Notes: a model not told the origin generated them from the letters alone. A stretch of 64,000 nt of DNA from Candidatus Avelusimicrobium sp. (GCF_050873505.1 NZ_JBNMIY010000002.1:138930-202929), one strand, 5' to 3'; shown: positions 51,259 to 60,791, counted from the first letter of the stretch. Program-made: numbers and translations.

Positions 51259-51468
51259 GTCATCCTGAATTTAGTTCAGGATCTACCTTTTGGGTTGTTG
51301 GTCGTTTTCATTGTTGTTGTCGTCATCCTGGGAAGTTAGCCGGCACGGAGCGTTCCAGGATCTGTTGTTATAAAAAGCGGAAAACAACAGATACTGGACA
51401 GAAACCTTCCAGTATGACCTTTTAGATAACATCCCATAAGGTAGATTCTGAAACAAGTTCAGAATGAC
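51259..51468. repeat. Hairpin repeats G-I of the same family
   Basis: GTCATCCTGAATTTAGTTCAGGATCTA at 51259-51285, GTCATCCTGG-N23-CCAGGATCTG at 51322-51364, and TAGATTCTGAAACAAGTTCAGAATGAC at 51442-51468. Confidence 0.7.
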
Positions 51469-51480
51469 CCCTAATTTATA

Positions 51481-51512
51481 ATGACGCCTCCCCACTCTCT
51501 GCGGGCCGTACG
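51481..51512. repeat. Short repeat ATGACGCCTCCCCACTCYCTGYGGGCCG, copy 2 (copy 1 at 51106-51137)
   Basis: The two copies are seen directly in the sequence, in the same orientation. Confidence 0.6.
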
Positions 51513-51530
51513 CCGCGCCTACTAGCGCAT

Positions 51531-51562
51531 AAAAAAACTCCCGGGGAGAGTTCCCTGGGAGT
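51531..51562 (-). terminator. Intrinsic terminator after the ankyrin gene
   Basis: An 11-bp stem ACTCCCGGGGA/TCCCTGGGAGT (one G-U pair) is followed by T6 on the minus strand. Confidence 0.7.
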
Positions 51563-51585
51563 TATAAAAATCAGCCACTAAAAAA

Positions 51586-53379
51586 TTATCTGCGGCGGCG
51601 GGGTTGGGTTTGTGCCGCTCTTTGGATAGACTGTTTCGCCTGCGGAGTGGGCGTAAGTTGCTTGGCCTGCGTAACTTTGGCCTTGCACTGCGCCATTAGG
51701 TCCGCCGGAGTTACATAACCAAGCATATTGGGCGTCGTCGTCAAATTGCCCGGCTTGGCCCCTACGGACACCAAATAATTGTAAATCTCTTGGTTGCAGG
51801 CAATCGCGGCAAAGGCCAGCGGCGTCATCGCCTGCTTATAGCCAGCGGGCACAGCCTTATATTCAAGCATCATCGCTAAGCGCCCTTCGCGGCGGGCCAG
51901 CACAACAAGGTGCTTTAACATATCCACATTTTGAGACAAAACCGCCAAGTGCAAAATATTCCCTTTGGGCGAGGCTTCAAACAACAGGCCACCCTTGGTA
52001 ATCAAAAAATCCACCATTTCAATTTGACCGTTTTCCACCGCCAAATGCAGGGGCGTAAAGCCGGCCTTGTTCTTGTTAAACACCACGGCCTTATTCATAT
52101 CTAGCACGCGTTTGGCTAAGTCCATATCGCCCTGCGCGGCCGCCGTAAAAATATCATCATCCGTCAGCGGTTTTTCCGCCGGGGTGGCGTTCGGGTCCGG
52201 CAGTTCGCGCCCTTCGGCCTTGGCCTGTGCGATTAAGGCCTTGTTGTCCTCTTCAATCACGCTGTTTTTTACTTCGCGCAAATCTTTATTGAACCATTTC
52301 AAAATCTGCCCGCGGCCGTTCTTCTGTGCGGCAATATAAGGAACCACCCCATTGTTATCGGCCAAGGTCGGGTCCGCATCGGCGGCTAATAAGCGGCGGA
52401 CGACATCTTCAAAGCCCTTAGAAGCCCCCCAATAAAGCGCGGTTTGCCCCAAATTGTTCTGCATATTTACGTCAATAGGCGTTTGCATTGTCTGCGGTTT
52501 TAAGAGTTCGCGGATAGTGTCCGGGTGGTTGTAGCGGGCTGCGTAAATAAGCGCGGTGTTGCCGTCGTTATTAGCGGCATTTACGTCAGCGCGATAAGCC
52601 ATTAACGAACGAACACTCGGCAAATCACCCAGCGAGGCTGAAATGATTAGCGGCGTATTGCCTTTGTCATTTTTTACGTTCGGGTCCACCCCACCTTTTA
52701 GCATTGCCAGCACGCCCATTGCGTTTTTAGTGGCACAAGCGCGGAACAAATAATCACTATTTAGCCCCTCACTTACACCGCTGGAAAGGAACAAGTCAAT
52801 AAACTCGCCTTGGCGTTTTTCCAACGCCAAATACATAGGAGAGTGGTTATAGTTATTTTTCGCGTTGATATCCGCGCCGGAATAGACCAAAAAGCGTGTA
52901 ATCTCCGGGAAGTTGCCATACAAACTGCGCAAAAGTGCCGTATCCTTGGAAAAGGAATTGGCCTTATTCACATCCGCGCCAGCCAGCACCAAATCCTGCA
53001 CCGCCTGCAAATTGCCAAAGGTGGCCGCCATTACGATAAGCGGATCGCCCTTGCTGTTGACGATATTTACATCGTTTTTGATTTTATTTTGTAGCAGATC
53101 GGAAAAAGTTTGATAATCGTTTTTTTGCAGCGCCTCGGTGGCATCGTCTGCCACTTCGGTATCGGTCTGAACGGAAACGATTTTATCAAACTTTCCATTT
53201 TTGGAAGAGGGTGTATAACCGCTTTTAAAGGTAAAGGCTAAAAGAAGCACGAGGGGCAATCCCGCTATGATTGCCAAAACAAGCCAAGGCTTACCGGCTG
53301 CGCGAGACAACGCCTGCGGCACCTTCCGCTCCGTCGGGGCGGAAACGATGGTCGTGTTCTTCTTTTTACCCGGGAACAT
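51586..53379 (-). CDS. Membrane-anchored ankyrin-repeat protein
   Basis: 597 aa with an N-terminal TM helix WLVLAIIAGLPLVLLLAF, followed by many 33-residue ANK-type repeats (G.TPL..A...G....V..LL..GADVN). Confidence 0.85.
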   Translation of the reverse strand: MFPGKKKNTTIVSAPTERKVPQALSRAAGKPWLVLAIIAGLPLVLLLAFTFKSGYTPSSKNGKFDKIVSVQTDTEVADDATEALQKNDYQTFSDLLQNKIKNDVNIVNSKGDPLIVMAATFGNLQAVQDLVLAGADVNKANSFSKDTALLRSLYGNFPEITRFLVYSGADINAKNNYNHSPMYLALEKRQGEFIDLFLSSGVSEGLNSDYLFRACATKNAMGVLAMLKGGVDPNVKNDKGNTPLIISASLGDLPSVRSLMAYRADVNAANNDGNTALIYAARYNHPDTIRELLKPQTMQTPIDVNMQNNLGQTALYWGASKGFEDVVRRLLAADADPTLADNNGVVPYIAAQKNGRGQILKWFNKDLREVKNSVIEEDNKALIAQAKAEGRELPDPNATPAEKPLTDDDIFTAAAQGDMDLAKRVLDMNKAVVFNKNKAGFTPLHLAVENGQIEMVDFLITKGGLLFEASPKGNILHLAVLSQNVDMLKHLVVLARREGRLAMMLEYKAVPAGYKQAMTPLAFAAIACNQEIYNYLVSVGAKPGNLTTTPNMLGYVTPADLMAQCKAKVTQAKQLTPTPQAKQSIQRAAQTQPRRRR

Positions 53380-53391
53380 CCTCTTCTCCGT

Positions 53392-54057
53392 TTATTTTTT
53401 CAGATGAGAAAAAGCATCCTGCGCGGCGGCTTGTTCGGCCAGTTTTTTGTTATGGCCTTTGCCCACCCCCAGGGCTTTTCCGTCCAGGCTCACGCGCACG
53501 GTAAACACCTTGTTATGCTCGGGGCCGACAGTTTGGATAACTTCGTACTCGGGCGTATGAGGCCCGGATTTTTGCAAGTATTCTTGCAACAAACTTTTGA
53601 AATCTTTTTCGTCCTGCGTGAGTTCCTGCGTTTTTACCCACGGCAAGATAACCGACTCCGCGGCCGGATAGCCGCCATCAATATAAACAGCGCCTAAAAC
53701 GGCTTCCACCGCGTTGGAGATGATGCTGTCGCGCTCTCTGCCGCCGGTAGCCAATTCACCGCGGCCCAGGCTCATATAGCGGCCCAGGTCCAGTTGTTTG
53801 CCCCAAAGATAAAGGTTGCGTCTGGAAACTAAGTTAGACTTAATTTTAGAAAGCACCCCCTCTTCTACGTGCGGACATTGGTTGTAGATGTAATCTGCAA
53901 CAATGGCGCCCAAGATACTGTCCCCCAGGAACTCCAAGCGTTCGTTGTGTTTAACGCTACGGTGCTCCCCGGCGTAAGACTTATGAGTGAGTGCTTCCTT
54001 TAAAACGGCCTTATCTTTAAAGCAATATCCAATGATATGCTCTATGTCCGTGTACAC
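53392..54057 (-). CDS. rnc: Ribonuclease III
   Basis: Contains the signature ERLEFLGDSILG and a C-terminal dsRBD. The start is GTG at 54057. Confidence 0.92.
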   Translation of the reverse strand: MYTDIEHIIGYCFKDKAVLKEALTHKSYAGEHRSVKHNERLEFLGDSILGAIVADYIYNQCPHVEEGVLSKIKSNLVSRRNLYLWGKQLDLGRYMSLGRGELATGGRERDSIISNAVEAVLGAVYIDGGYPAAESVILPWVKTQELTQDEKDFKSLLQEYLQKSGPHTPEYEVIQTVGPEHNKVFTVRVSLDGKALGVGKGHNKKLAEQAAAQDAFSHLKK

Positions 54058-54059
54058 GA

Positions 54060-54305
54060 TTATTTATTGGCGTTCTGCTGAATATAGTCAATCGCTTCGC
54101 CAACCGTTTTGATTTTTTCGGCTTTTTCATCGGGAATTTCAATATCAAATTCTTCTTCCAAAGCCATAATAAGTTCAACAGTATCCAAGGAATCGGCGCC
54201 CAAGTCGTTTACAAACTGCGCTTCCGGTTTCACCTGGTCGGCTTCTACGCCCAACTGTTCCACGATGATATTTTTTACTCTTTCTTGCACATTTTCTACA
54301 GACAT
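54060..54305 (-). CDS. acpP: Acyl carrier protein
   Basis: Contains the [20 protein letters not shown] phosphopantetheine attachment motif. Confidence 0.95.
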   Translation of the reverse strand: MSVENVQERVKNIIVEQLGVEADQVKPEAQFVNDLGADSLDTVELIMALEEEFDIEIPDEKAEKIKTVGEAIDYIQQNANK

Positions 54306-54354
54306 TTTAGTCCTCCGGTTTTTTAAAAAAGGGGCTTCCCCTTGTACTAATTAA

Positions 54355-55098
54355 TTAAATATAAAGCCCGCCATTGACGGCGAGAACGTGCCCCGTAATA
54401 TACGAGGCGTCTTCGCTGGCCAAAAACATTACTGCTTTGGCGATATCTTGCGTCGTAGCAAATCTTTTGAGCGGTACGGCTTCCAACGCTTTATTTTTTA
54501 CCTCTTCGGGCAAAGCGTCCGTCATAGCCGTTTGAACAAACCCGGGGGCTACCGCATTTACACGGACGTGGCGGGAACCGAATTCCTTTGCCAACGTCTT
54601 CGTCAAACCGATAATGCCCGCCTTGCTGGCCACATAGTTGGCCTGGCCGGGATTGCCCATTTCCCCCACTACGGAAGAAATGTTTACAATGTTGCCGCTT
54701 CTTTTTTTGAACATTACCTTCAAAGCGGCCTTGGACATTAAAAACGTCCCTTTCAAATTGACGGCGATTACGTCGTCCCAATCCTGCTCGCTCATACGTA
54801 CGGTCAGGTTATCTTTGGTAATGCCCGCATTGTTTACCAGCACGTCTAAACCGACCAAGGTTTTTACGGCGTTTTCCACAAAGGACTCACAATTCTTTGC
54901 ATCCGCCACATTTACCTTTTGCGTATAGACTTTTACGCCGTAAGCCCCCAATTTTTGGGCGGCCTCGGCCAAGGCTTCTTCGCGCGTGCCGCACACGGCT
55001 AAATTGGCCCCCGCTTTGGCAAATTCCTCCGCCAAGGCGAATCCGATGCCGCGCGTGGCGCCGGTAATCATTACGTTTTTACCTTTAAAATCCGCCAT
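54355..55098 (-). CDS. fabG: 3-oxoacyl-ACP reductase
   Basis: Contains the SDR motifs TGATRGIG, NNAG and YVASKAG. It lies next to acpP. Confidence 0.9.
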   Translation of the reverse strand: MADFKGKNVMITGATRGIGFALAEEFAKAGANLAVCGTREEALAEAAQKLGAYGVKVYTQKVNVADAKNCESFVENAVKTLVGLDVLVNNAGITKDNLTVRMSEQDWDDVIAVNLKGTFLMSKAALKVMFKKRSGNIVNISSVVGEMGNPGQANYVASKAGIIGLTKTLAKEFGSRHVRVNAVAPGFVQTAMTDALPEEVKNKALEAVPLKRFATTQDIAKAVMFLASEDASYITGHVLAVNGGLYI

Positions 55099-56141
55099 TA
55101 TTTTTCCTCCTGATGAATTTCTTTTTCAATTTCATCAAAAGTCGGTTTCAGCGCGCTCATTTTGGCTGCGATGTCGCCGATAAAATCTTTTTCCACCAAG
55201 CGTTTTGCCGTTTTAATGGCGTTAAAAATAGCAAAATCGTTGGATTTTCCGTGGGAAATAATCGCCACGCCGTTTACCCCCACCAGCGGCGCACCGCCGT
55301 AGCAATCGGGGTTGGTGTGGTCCTTCACTGCCTTAAACGCACCCTTTGACAAAAGCGCGCCCAACAAAGCAAGCGGACGCTTTTTGACTTCGCGTTTAAT
55401 CATATTAATCATTGTTTTAGCCAAGCCTTCGGCCATTTTTAAAACAATGTTTCCCACAAAGCCGTCGCAGACGATAACGTCCGTATCGCCGGTGTTTACG
55501 TCGCGGCCTTCCACGGTTCCTTTAAAGTTCACGCCGATTTCGCGCATATGCGGAATCGTGTGTTTAACCAAAAAGTTGCCTTTGGTTTCCTCTTCGCCGA
55601 TGGACAACACGCCCACGGACGGAGCCGGAATATCAAACACTTTTTGCATATAGGCCGAACCCATTACCGCAAATTGCAGTAAATGAATCGGCTTGCAGTC
55701 GGCATTGGCGCCGCCGTCCAAGAGCAGGCTTACGCCCTTGTAGGTAGGCATCGGGGTAGCAATCGCCGGGCGCTGCACACCCTTAATGCGCCCCATACCG
55801 AACAGGGCCGCAACCATCGCCGCGCCGGAGTGCCCGGCAGAAACAAAAGCGTCAGCAGCCCCCTTGTGAACCAAGTTGGCACAAACGACAATGCTGGCGT
55901 CTTTCTTCTGGCGGCACTCTTTGGCCGGTTCCGCGCCCATATCAATAGTGTTAGGCGCGTGGACGATAGAGATGTTGTTCGGAACGTCCGAATAACCTAA
56001 CGCTTTGAGTTCACGGCGCAAGACGGCTTCGTCTCCCACCAAGATAACCTCAACATCCAGTTTCTTGGCGGCTTTCAAAGCGCCCAACACGTTGGGCTTT
56101 GCGCCGTAATCTCCGCCTAATGCGTCCAGGGCTATTTTCAT
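55098..56141 (-). CDS. plsX: Phosphate acyltransferase PlsX
   Basis: The N-terminus MKIALDALGGDYGAKPNV is typical of PlsX. It lies in the conserved position after rpmF. Confidence 0.92.
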   Translation of the reverse strand: MKIALDALGGDYGAKPNVLGALKAAKKLDVEVILVGDEAVLRRELKALGYSDVPNNISIVHAPNTIDMGAEPAKECRQKKDASIVVCANLVHKGAADAFVSAGHSGAAMVAALFGMGRIKGVQRPAIATPMPTYKGVSLLLDGGANADCKPIHLLQFAVMGSAYMQKVFDIPAPSVGVLSIGEEETKGNFLVKHTIPHMREIGVNFKGTVEGRDVNTGDTDVIVCDGFVGNIVLKMAEGLAKTMINMIKREVKKRPLALLGALLSKGAFKAVKDHTNPDCYGGAPLVGVNGVAIISHGKSNDFAIFNAIKTAKRLVEKDFIGDIAAKMSALKPTFDEIEKEIHQEEK

Positions 56142-56150
56142 AACGGACCG

Positions 56151-56357
56151 TTATTTGGCTTCGGGCTCTTCGGCTTTGGTTTTTTGGGCCACTACCACTC
56201 TGTCCTTATAGAACCCGCAAGTCGGGCAGACATTGTGCGGCAGCCGGGGAGATTTGCAATTCGGGCAGGCCACTAACTGCGGCAATTCTACTCCGGAATT
56301 GTGGGATCTTCTCATATCCCGGCGGGAACGAGTGTGTTTTTTCTTTGGATTGGGCAT
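56151..56357 (-). CDS. rpmF: 50S ribosomal protein L32
   Basis: Contains MPNPKKKHTRSRRDMRRSH and a CPNC...CPTCG zinc ribbon. Confidence 0.93.
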   Translation of the reverse strand: MPNPKKKHTRSRRDMRRSHNSGVELPQLVACPNCKSPRLPHNVCPTCGFYKDRVVVAQKTKAEEPEAK

Positions 56358-56401
56358 TGGTAATACTCCTGTTACTTAATAGTAAAATTCAAAAAGAATT
56401 G

Positions 56402-56896
56402 TTACTTAAATTTTCCTTTCAATGCTGCGAAAGGAGACAAATTTGCTGGTTTACAGCCGCACGGACCGTCGTTCAAATCGTGTCCGCACGTCGGGCACAG
56501 GCCTTTACAATCGGGCTTGCACAGGAAACGGATATCTTCCGTCAACGCCAGCGTTTGCCGTACAACTGATATTATATCAATTATTTCTTGCTTGGTGCTA
56601 TATGTTTCTATAAATTCTTCGGCAAACGGCTGCGTGCTCATTTTCAAACAGCGTGCGCATTGGATAAGTCTTTCCCCCTTCACGGTGCCCCGTACCAAGA
56701 TTTCCTTGGAGGCCACCGAGAACGAAAGCGCCACCGCTACTTTGGTAATTTTATTGGGAGCGGAAAATACATCTTCAAAATATTTTGTGCTTAACTGTGC
56801 GGTGCAGTCTAACCCGCCCATACGCAAAATATCGGCAGTTTTAAACTGCAAGTCCTGCGGAACATCATATTCTTGATAAAAGGAATTTTCGCTCAT
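56402..56896 (-). CDS. yceD: YceD/DUF177 family protein
   Basis: 164 aa, upstream of rpmF as is typical, with the C-terminal motif C.PDC.GLCP.CG. Confidence 0.85.
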   Translation of the reverse strand: MSENSFYQEYDVPQDLQFKTADILRMGGLDCTAQLSTKYFEDVFSAPNKITKVAVALSFSVASKEILVRGTVKGERLIQCARCLKMSTQPFAEEFIETYSTKQEIIDIISVVRQTLALTEDIRFLCKPDCKGLCPTCGHDLNDGPCGCKPANLSPFAALKGKFK

Positions 56897-56921
56897 ATAT
56901 ATATTTTAGCAAAAAGCGCGC

Positions 56922-58280
56922 CTACCGCGTAAAGCCTTTGCTCATCCACTTGCGGCTCTTCCAGCGGCGCTCAAATACCACGGCGCGGATATTTTCATCA
57001 AGCGCCATCGCAAGCCATATCCCGTTGAGCCCCCAGCCCCACCAAATGCCAAGCACATAGGATAGTAAAGTCGCTACCAGCCACATTACAATAATGCCCG
57101 TAATGAACGGGTACATCACGTCGCCCGCGGCTATCAGGGAATCTACCGAGGTAATATTGACCGCACGGCCGATTTCCAGCACCACATCAATATACAAAAC
57201 CATTGCGCCCAAATGAATAACCTCCGGGTTGTTGGAAAGCAATTTAAAGATATCCGTGCCCACCAAGGCCGTTAAAATGGACACGCACACCGTAACCCAC
57301 AGGGCTAGGCGAATAGAATATTTTTCAAGAGAGAAGGCCGCATTGCCTTTATCCGCCCCCACCAAGTGCCCGATAGCAATCGCCGCACCGTTGCCGATAG
57401 CAATGGAAAACACATACGAAAACATCACTATACTCATTGCATACGTTCTGGCCGTCAGGGCGGCGTTACCCATCATTACGGATAAATACGTAATCACCAC
57501 TTGGGATAAATTGTAGGACACCTGTTCCCCCGCCGCAGGCAACCCCACCAAAAGCAGGTTTTTAATTTTATCCCACGGGAACGGTTTAAAATATTTCAAG
57601 GGCGGTACAGGAGCCACCTTGCGGAAGAGCAAATACGTCAGCAAAATAACGGCTACCGAGCGGCTGATAACGGTGGAAATCCCCGCCCCGGTAATCCCCA
57701 AGCGCGGCGCGCCGCAATTACCGAAAATCAAAAAGTAGTTACCCACCACGTTAATAATATTGATAAGGAACGTAACAAACATCGGGTAATAGGCTTTGTT
57801 GTGGCTGCGCAAAATGGCGGAGAGCGTCATCGCCAGCGACTGCAAAAACGAAAACCCGCCGACAAGCGTCATATAAGATACGCCATACCCCACCAAATTA
57901 TCATCCAGCCCCATTAACTTTAAGGACGGCGCGGCGAACACCCACAGCCCCGCGCTGACGAGTCCCCCCATAATCAGGTTCACCAGCAGGGAAACGCCAA
58001 TCACTTGTGCGACGTTTTTCTTTTGTTTGGCCCCCAAATATTGCGAGCACAGCACGGAGGTTCCCAAGGTGGTAATGCCGTACAAAATAAACACGAGGTT
58101 TAAGAGTTGGTTGACCACGCCCCCGGCGGCCACGGTTTCGTCCGAGTAGCGGCTGAGCATAAAAACGTCCGTTGCGCCCGTGAACATAATCAGGAGCGTT
58201 TCAATAAAAATAGGACTGGCCAAATTAAACAGTTGCTTGCGGACTATTTTGCGGGGTCTTTTGGTTTTGGTTTGCGTCAT
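56922..58280 (-). CDS. MATE family efflux transporter
   Basis: 452 aa with about 12 TM helices. The N-terminal region PIFIETLLIMFTGATDVFMLS is typical of MATE proteins. Confidence 0.8.
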   Translation of the reverse strand: MTQTKTKRPRKIVRKQLFNLASPIFIETLLIMFTGATDVFMLSRYSDETVAAGGVVNQLLNLVFILYGITTLGTSVLCSQYLGAKQKKNVAQVIGVSLLVNLIMGGLVSAGLWVFAAPSLKLMGLDDNLVGYGVSYMTLVGGFSFLQSLAMTLSAILRSHNKAYYPMFVTFLINIINVVGNYFLIFGNCGAPRLGITGAGISTVISRSVAVILLTYLLFRKVAPVPPLKYFKPFPWDKIKNLLLVGLPAAGEQVSYNLSQVVITYLSVMMGNAALTARTYAMSIVMFSYVFSIAIGNGAAIAIGHLVGADKGNAAFSLEKYSIRLALWVTVCVSILTALVGTDIFKLLSNNPEVIHLGAMVLYIDVVLEIGRAVNITSVDSLIAAGDVMYPFITGIIVMWLVATLLSYVLGIWWGWGLNGIWLAMALDENIRAVVFERRWKSRKWMSKGFTR

Positions 58281-59281
58281 TTGGTTACACTAAATTGTTT
58301 TTCCAACTTACTGATATCAATCATCCCGTTGCCTTGGGCGACATCGGGCAGGCCGGGGATTTTGACGGCGGCCTTTTTTAAGGAGTCCTTTACCTCGTCG
58401 GCGGTTGGATAGCGGCCCAGTTTCTTTTTAAGGCCTTCTACTGCCAAGGCGGCCGCCCCGCTGACAAATCCGGCCGCGGCGGAGGTGCCGCTCATCAGCG
58501 TATAATCGCCGTCAGCCGCCGCCGTAAACACCTTGTCGCCGGGCGCGATAAAATCCACCTCGGGGCCGTAGGACGATTGGTGATAAATGGTTTTGCCGTC
58601 CGAAGACAGCGCACTTACCGCAATGACCGTAGATAATTTCCCCGGATAAAACACGCCGGGGAACGGATAATTCCCCGCCGGGCACACAATGGTTACGCCG
58701 GAATCGTGCGCTTGGTTAATGGCGTTAGTCAGCGGGATAGAACCGCCCGCGGAAACGCCGTAACTTAAATTTAAAACGGTAATTTTATCCTCAGGATTTT
58801 CCTTATTATAAGAAAGCAAGGTATTTACGGCAGAGGTTACCGCCTGCGGACCGATTAAGCGGCTGCCGTCGTCAATCTTATACACCACCAGCGAAGCCTG
58901 CGGGGCAATGCCCGTAAACTCCACGCCGCGCGCGCCGATAATGCCGGCTACGCCCGTGCCGTGGTTCTTGATATCGGTAAACGAGCCGGACATTGTAAAA
59001 TCCTGGCCCATAATATGCTTGCCGTTAAATTCCGGGTGCGAAACTATCCCGCTGTCCGCCACCGCTACTTTTACGCCCTTACCCGTCAAAATTTTATGGG
59101 GCGGATACAAGCGGTACGCCCAAAAATTATCAAAGGGGTCTTCGGGCTTTTGCTCTTTGGGCGCGGCGGAAAATTCCCCGTCGTCGCTAATGCGCAAGTT
59201 GGTCGGGCCCAACAGCATCGGGTCCGCCGTTGCGGATACGGATAAAACTAATAAAGCCAAAAGTAAAAAAAAGCGTTTCAT
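58277..59281 (-). CDS. Secreted S8 (subtilisin-like) serine peptidase
   Basis: The triad context is VAVADSGI, HGTGVAGII and SGTSAAAGFVSG. It has a signal peptide and overlaps the MATE gene by 4 nt. Confidence 0.85.
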   Translation of the reverse strand: MKRFFLLLALLVLSVSATADPMLLGPTNLRISDDGEFSAAPKEQKPEDPFDNFWAYRLYPPHKILTGKGVKVAVADSGIVSHPEFNGKHIMGQDFTMSGSFTDIKNHGTGVAGIIGARGVEFTGIAPQASLVVYKIDDGSRLIGPQAVTSAVNTLLSYNKENPEDKITVLNLSYGVSAGGSIPLTNAINQAHDSGVTIVCPAGNYPFPGVFYPGKLSTVIAVSALSSDGKTIYHQSSYGPEVDFIAPGDKVFTAAADGDYTLMSGTSAAAGFVSGAAALAVEGLKKKLGRYPTADEVKDSLKKAAVKIPGLPDVAQGNGMIDISKLEKQFSVTK

Positions 59282-59282
59282 A

Positions 59283-60791
59283 TTATAGGTTAATTTTCTT
59301 AATCACGGGCCAACGCACGCCGCTAATGGGGTGTGCGCTCACTTCCAAGGCGGGCGCCGTTTGACTGCGTTTTAAATCCGCCGCATTAATACGCGTTAAA
59401 ACATCCTCGGCGGTTTCCAATTTAATATGGCACTTTTTGGCAATTTCCGCCGCCGTCAGTTGGTCCTCAAAATACAGGCGCAGAATTTTATCCAACGCCG
59501 CATAGGGCGGGAGTTGGTCCTCATCCTTTTGGTTGGGGCGCAATTCGGATGTCGGCGCACGCTCTATAATTCCCTGCGGAATCAGCGGTTGGGTTTGGTT
59601 CAAATAGGCGGCCAGTTCGTAAATTTCGCTCTTGTACAAATCCCCAATCGGCCGGAGTGCACCGCCCGCATCGCCGTACAGCACAAACGAGCCTACCGCG
59701 GATTCGCTTTTATCGTCCGTGGATAGGAGCATTGCATTATATTCGGTGGCCAGCGCGCACAAAATGGTCGTGCGCAAACGGGATTGGAGTTCCTGTTCCG
59801 TCGCATCCTTGGGGTGAGAAACGATATGCGCAAACGATTCTTTCAGCGCATTTAAGCCGGGCATTACGCCGATTTCTTCCAAATTTACGCCGAGTGAACG
59901 CGCCAACTGGCCCGCCAAACTTTTGCTTAAATCACTCGTGCAGTAGGACGGCAGAGAAACGCAATATACACTTTCCCCGCCCAAAGCCTTGGCCGCCAGC
60001 GCGGCCGTAAAGGCGGAATCAATCCCGCCGCTAAGGCCAAAAACCACCTTATCCATACCGCTTTTATGCACATAATCACGCAAGCCAAATACAAGCGCGT
60101 TAATGAGTTCGGCCTGCCAAGCGGTTTCATAAGATACGGGCTTATAAGCGGCCTCGGTATCGTAGGTAAGCACCTGCTCTTTAAAGGGTTCACCCAGCAA
60201 AACGAGGTTGCCTTTTTTATCGGTAGCGGCGGTTACGCCGTCAAAAATCATCCCGTCCCCACCGCCTAACAAATTGCACATCAGGCACGGCTGGGCGTGC
60301 TTTTTGGAATATTTTTTAAGCGCGTCCAAACGCGGGACAAGGTTCCCCTTTAAATAAGGTCGGGCCATTAAAAACAGTACGATATCCGCATCCGGGTCCG
60401 GCGAAAAGGTATCGTCCGTAGGTGCGCCTAACACAAATTGCAGGTTAAGGCCTTTAAATGCTACCGTTTCGCAATCGTAAATTTTGGTAATTTTACCTTT
60501 ATATATAAAAGCCAGCGCGGTGGCGGCTTCTTTATTCACGCGGTCCGCTATGCCCAGCACAACAGCGGTATCTTTGGTTTCTTTGGCGATATTTTTAAGC
60601 GCCGGGGCCGTTTGCGCCAGCAAACGCTTATCGTCAAACAAATCAAAGAGCGGACAGCCGCACAGGGCGGCTTCCGGCAGGACGAGCAAATCCGCCTTGG
60701 GGGCGGGAGCGCGGAGCAAATCTATAATTGCTTGGGCATTGGCGGCAAGGTCCGCCGCTAACGGGTTAAAGGAAGCCAAATTTATCTGCAT
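59283..60791 (-). CDS. nadE: NAD+ synthase with an N-terminal CN-hydrolase-like domain
   Basis: Contains the PP-loop GLSGGIDSA. The ATG at 60791 follows AGAGGTG; the track start at 60851 is TTG. Confidence 0.85.
   Translation of the reverse strand: MQINLASFNPLAADLAANAQAIIDLLRAPAPKADLLVLPEAALCGCPLFDLFDDKRLLAQTAPALKNIAKETKDTAVVLGIADRVNKEAATALAFIYKGKITKIYDCETVAFKGLNLQFVLGAPTDDTFSPDPDADIVLFLMARPYLKGNLVPRLDALKKYSKKHAQPCLMCNLLGGGDGMIFDGVTAATDKKGNLVLLGEPFKEQVLTYDTEAAYKPVSYETAWQAELINALVFGLRDYVHKSGMDKVVFGLSGGIDSAFTAALAAKALGGESVYCVSLPSYCTSDLSKSLAGQLARSLGVNLEEIGVMPGLNALKESFAHIVSHPKDATEQELQSRLRTTILCALATEYNAMLLSTDDKSESAVGSFVLYGDAGGALRPIGDLYKSEIYELAAYLNQTQPLIPQGIIERAPTSELRPNQKDEDQLPPYAALDKILRLYFEDQLTAAEIAKKCHIKLETAEDVLTRINAADLKRSQTAPALEVSAHPISGVRWPVIKKINL

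Noticed and set aside
50604-51468. Whether the hairpin-repeat cluster is a CRISPR array.
   Set aside because: The repeats are palindromic hairpins of variable sequence, in both orientations, with irregular spacing (from 7 to about 200 nt). There is no constant repeat unit and no cas genes in the window.
50599-51495. Track ORFs 50599-51072 (+), 50905-51234 (-) and 51283-51495 (-), and the N-terminal extension of the pilin ORF to 50942.
   Set aside because: They are read-throughs of the hairpin repeats (peptides such as SFPSAVVGNLSLF or VIPE...). They have no SD or start context, and they overlap one another on opposite strands.
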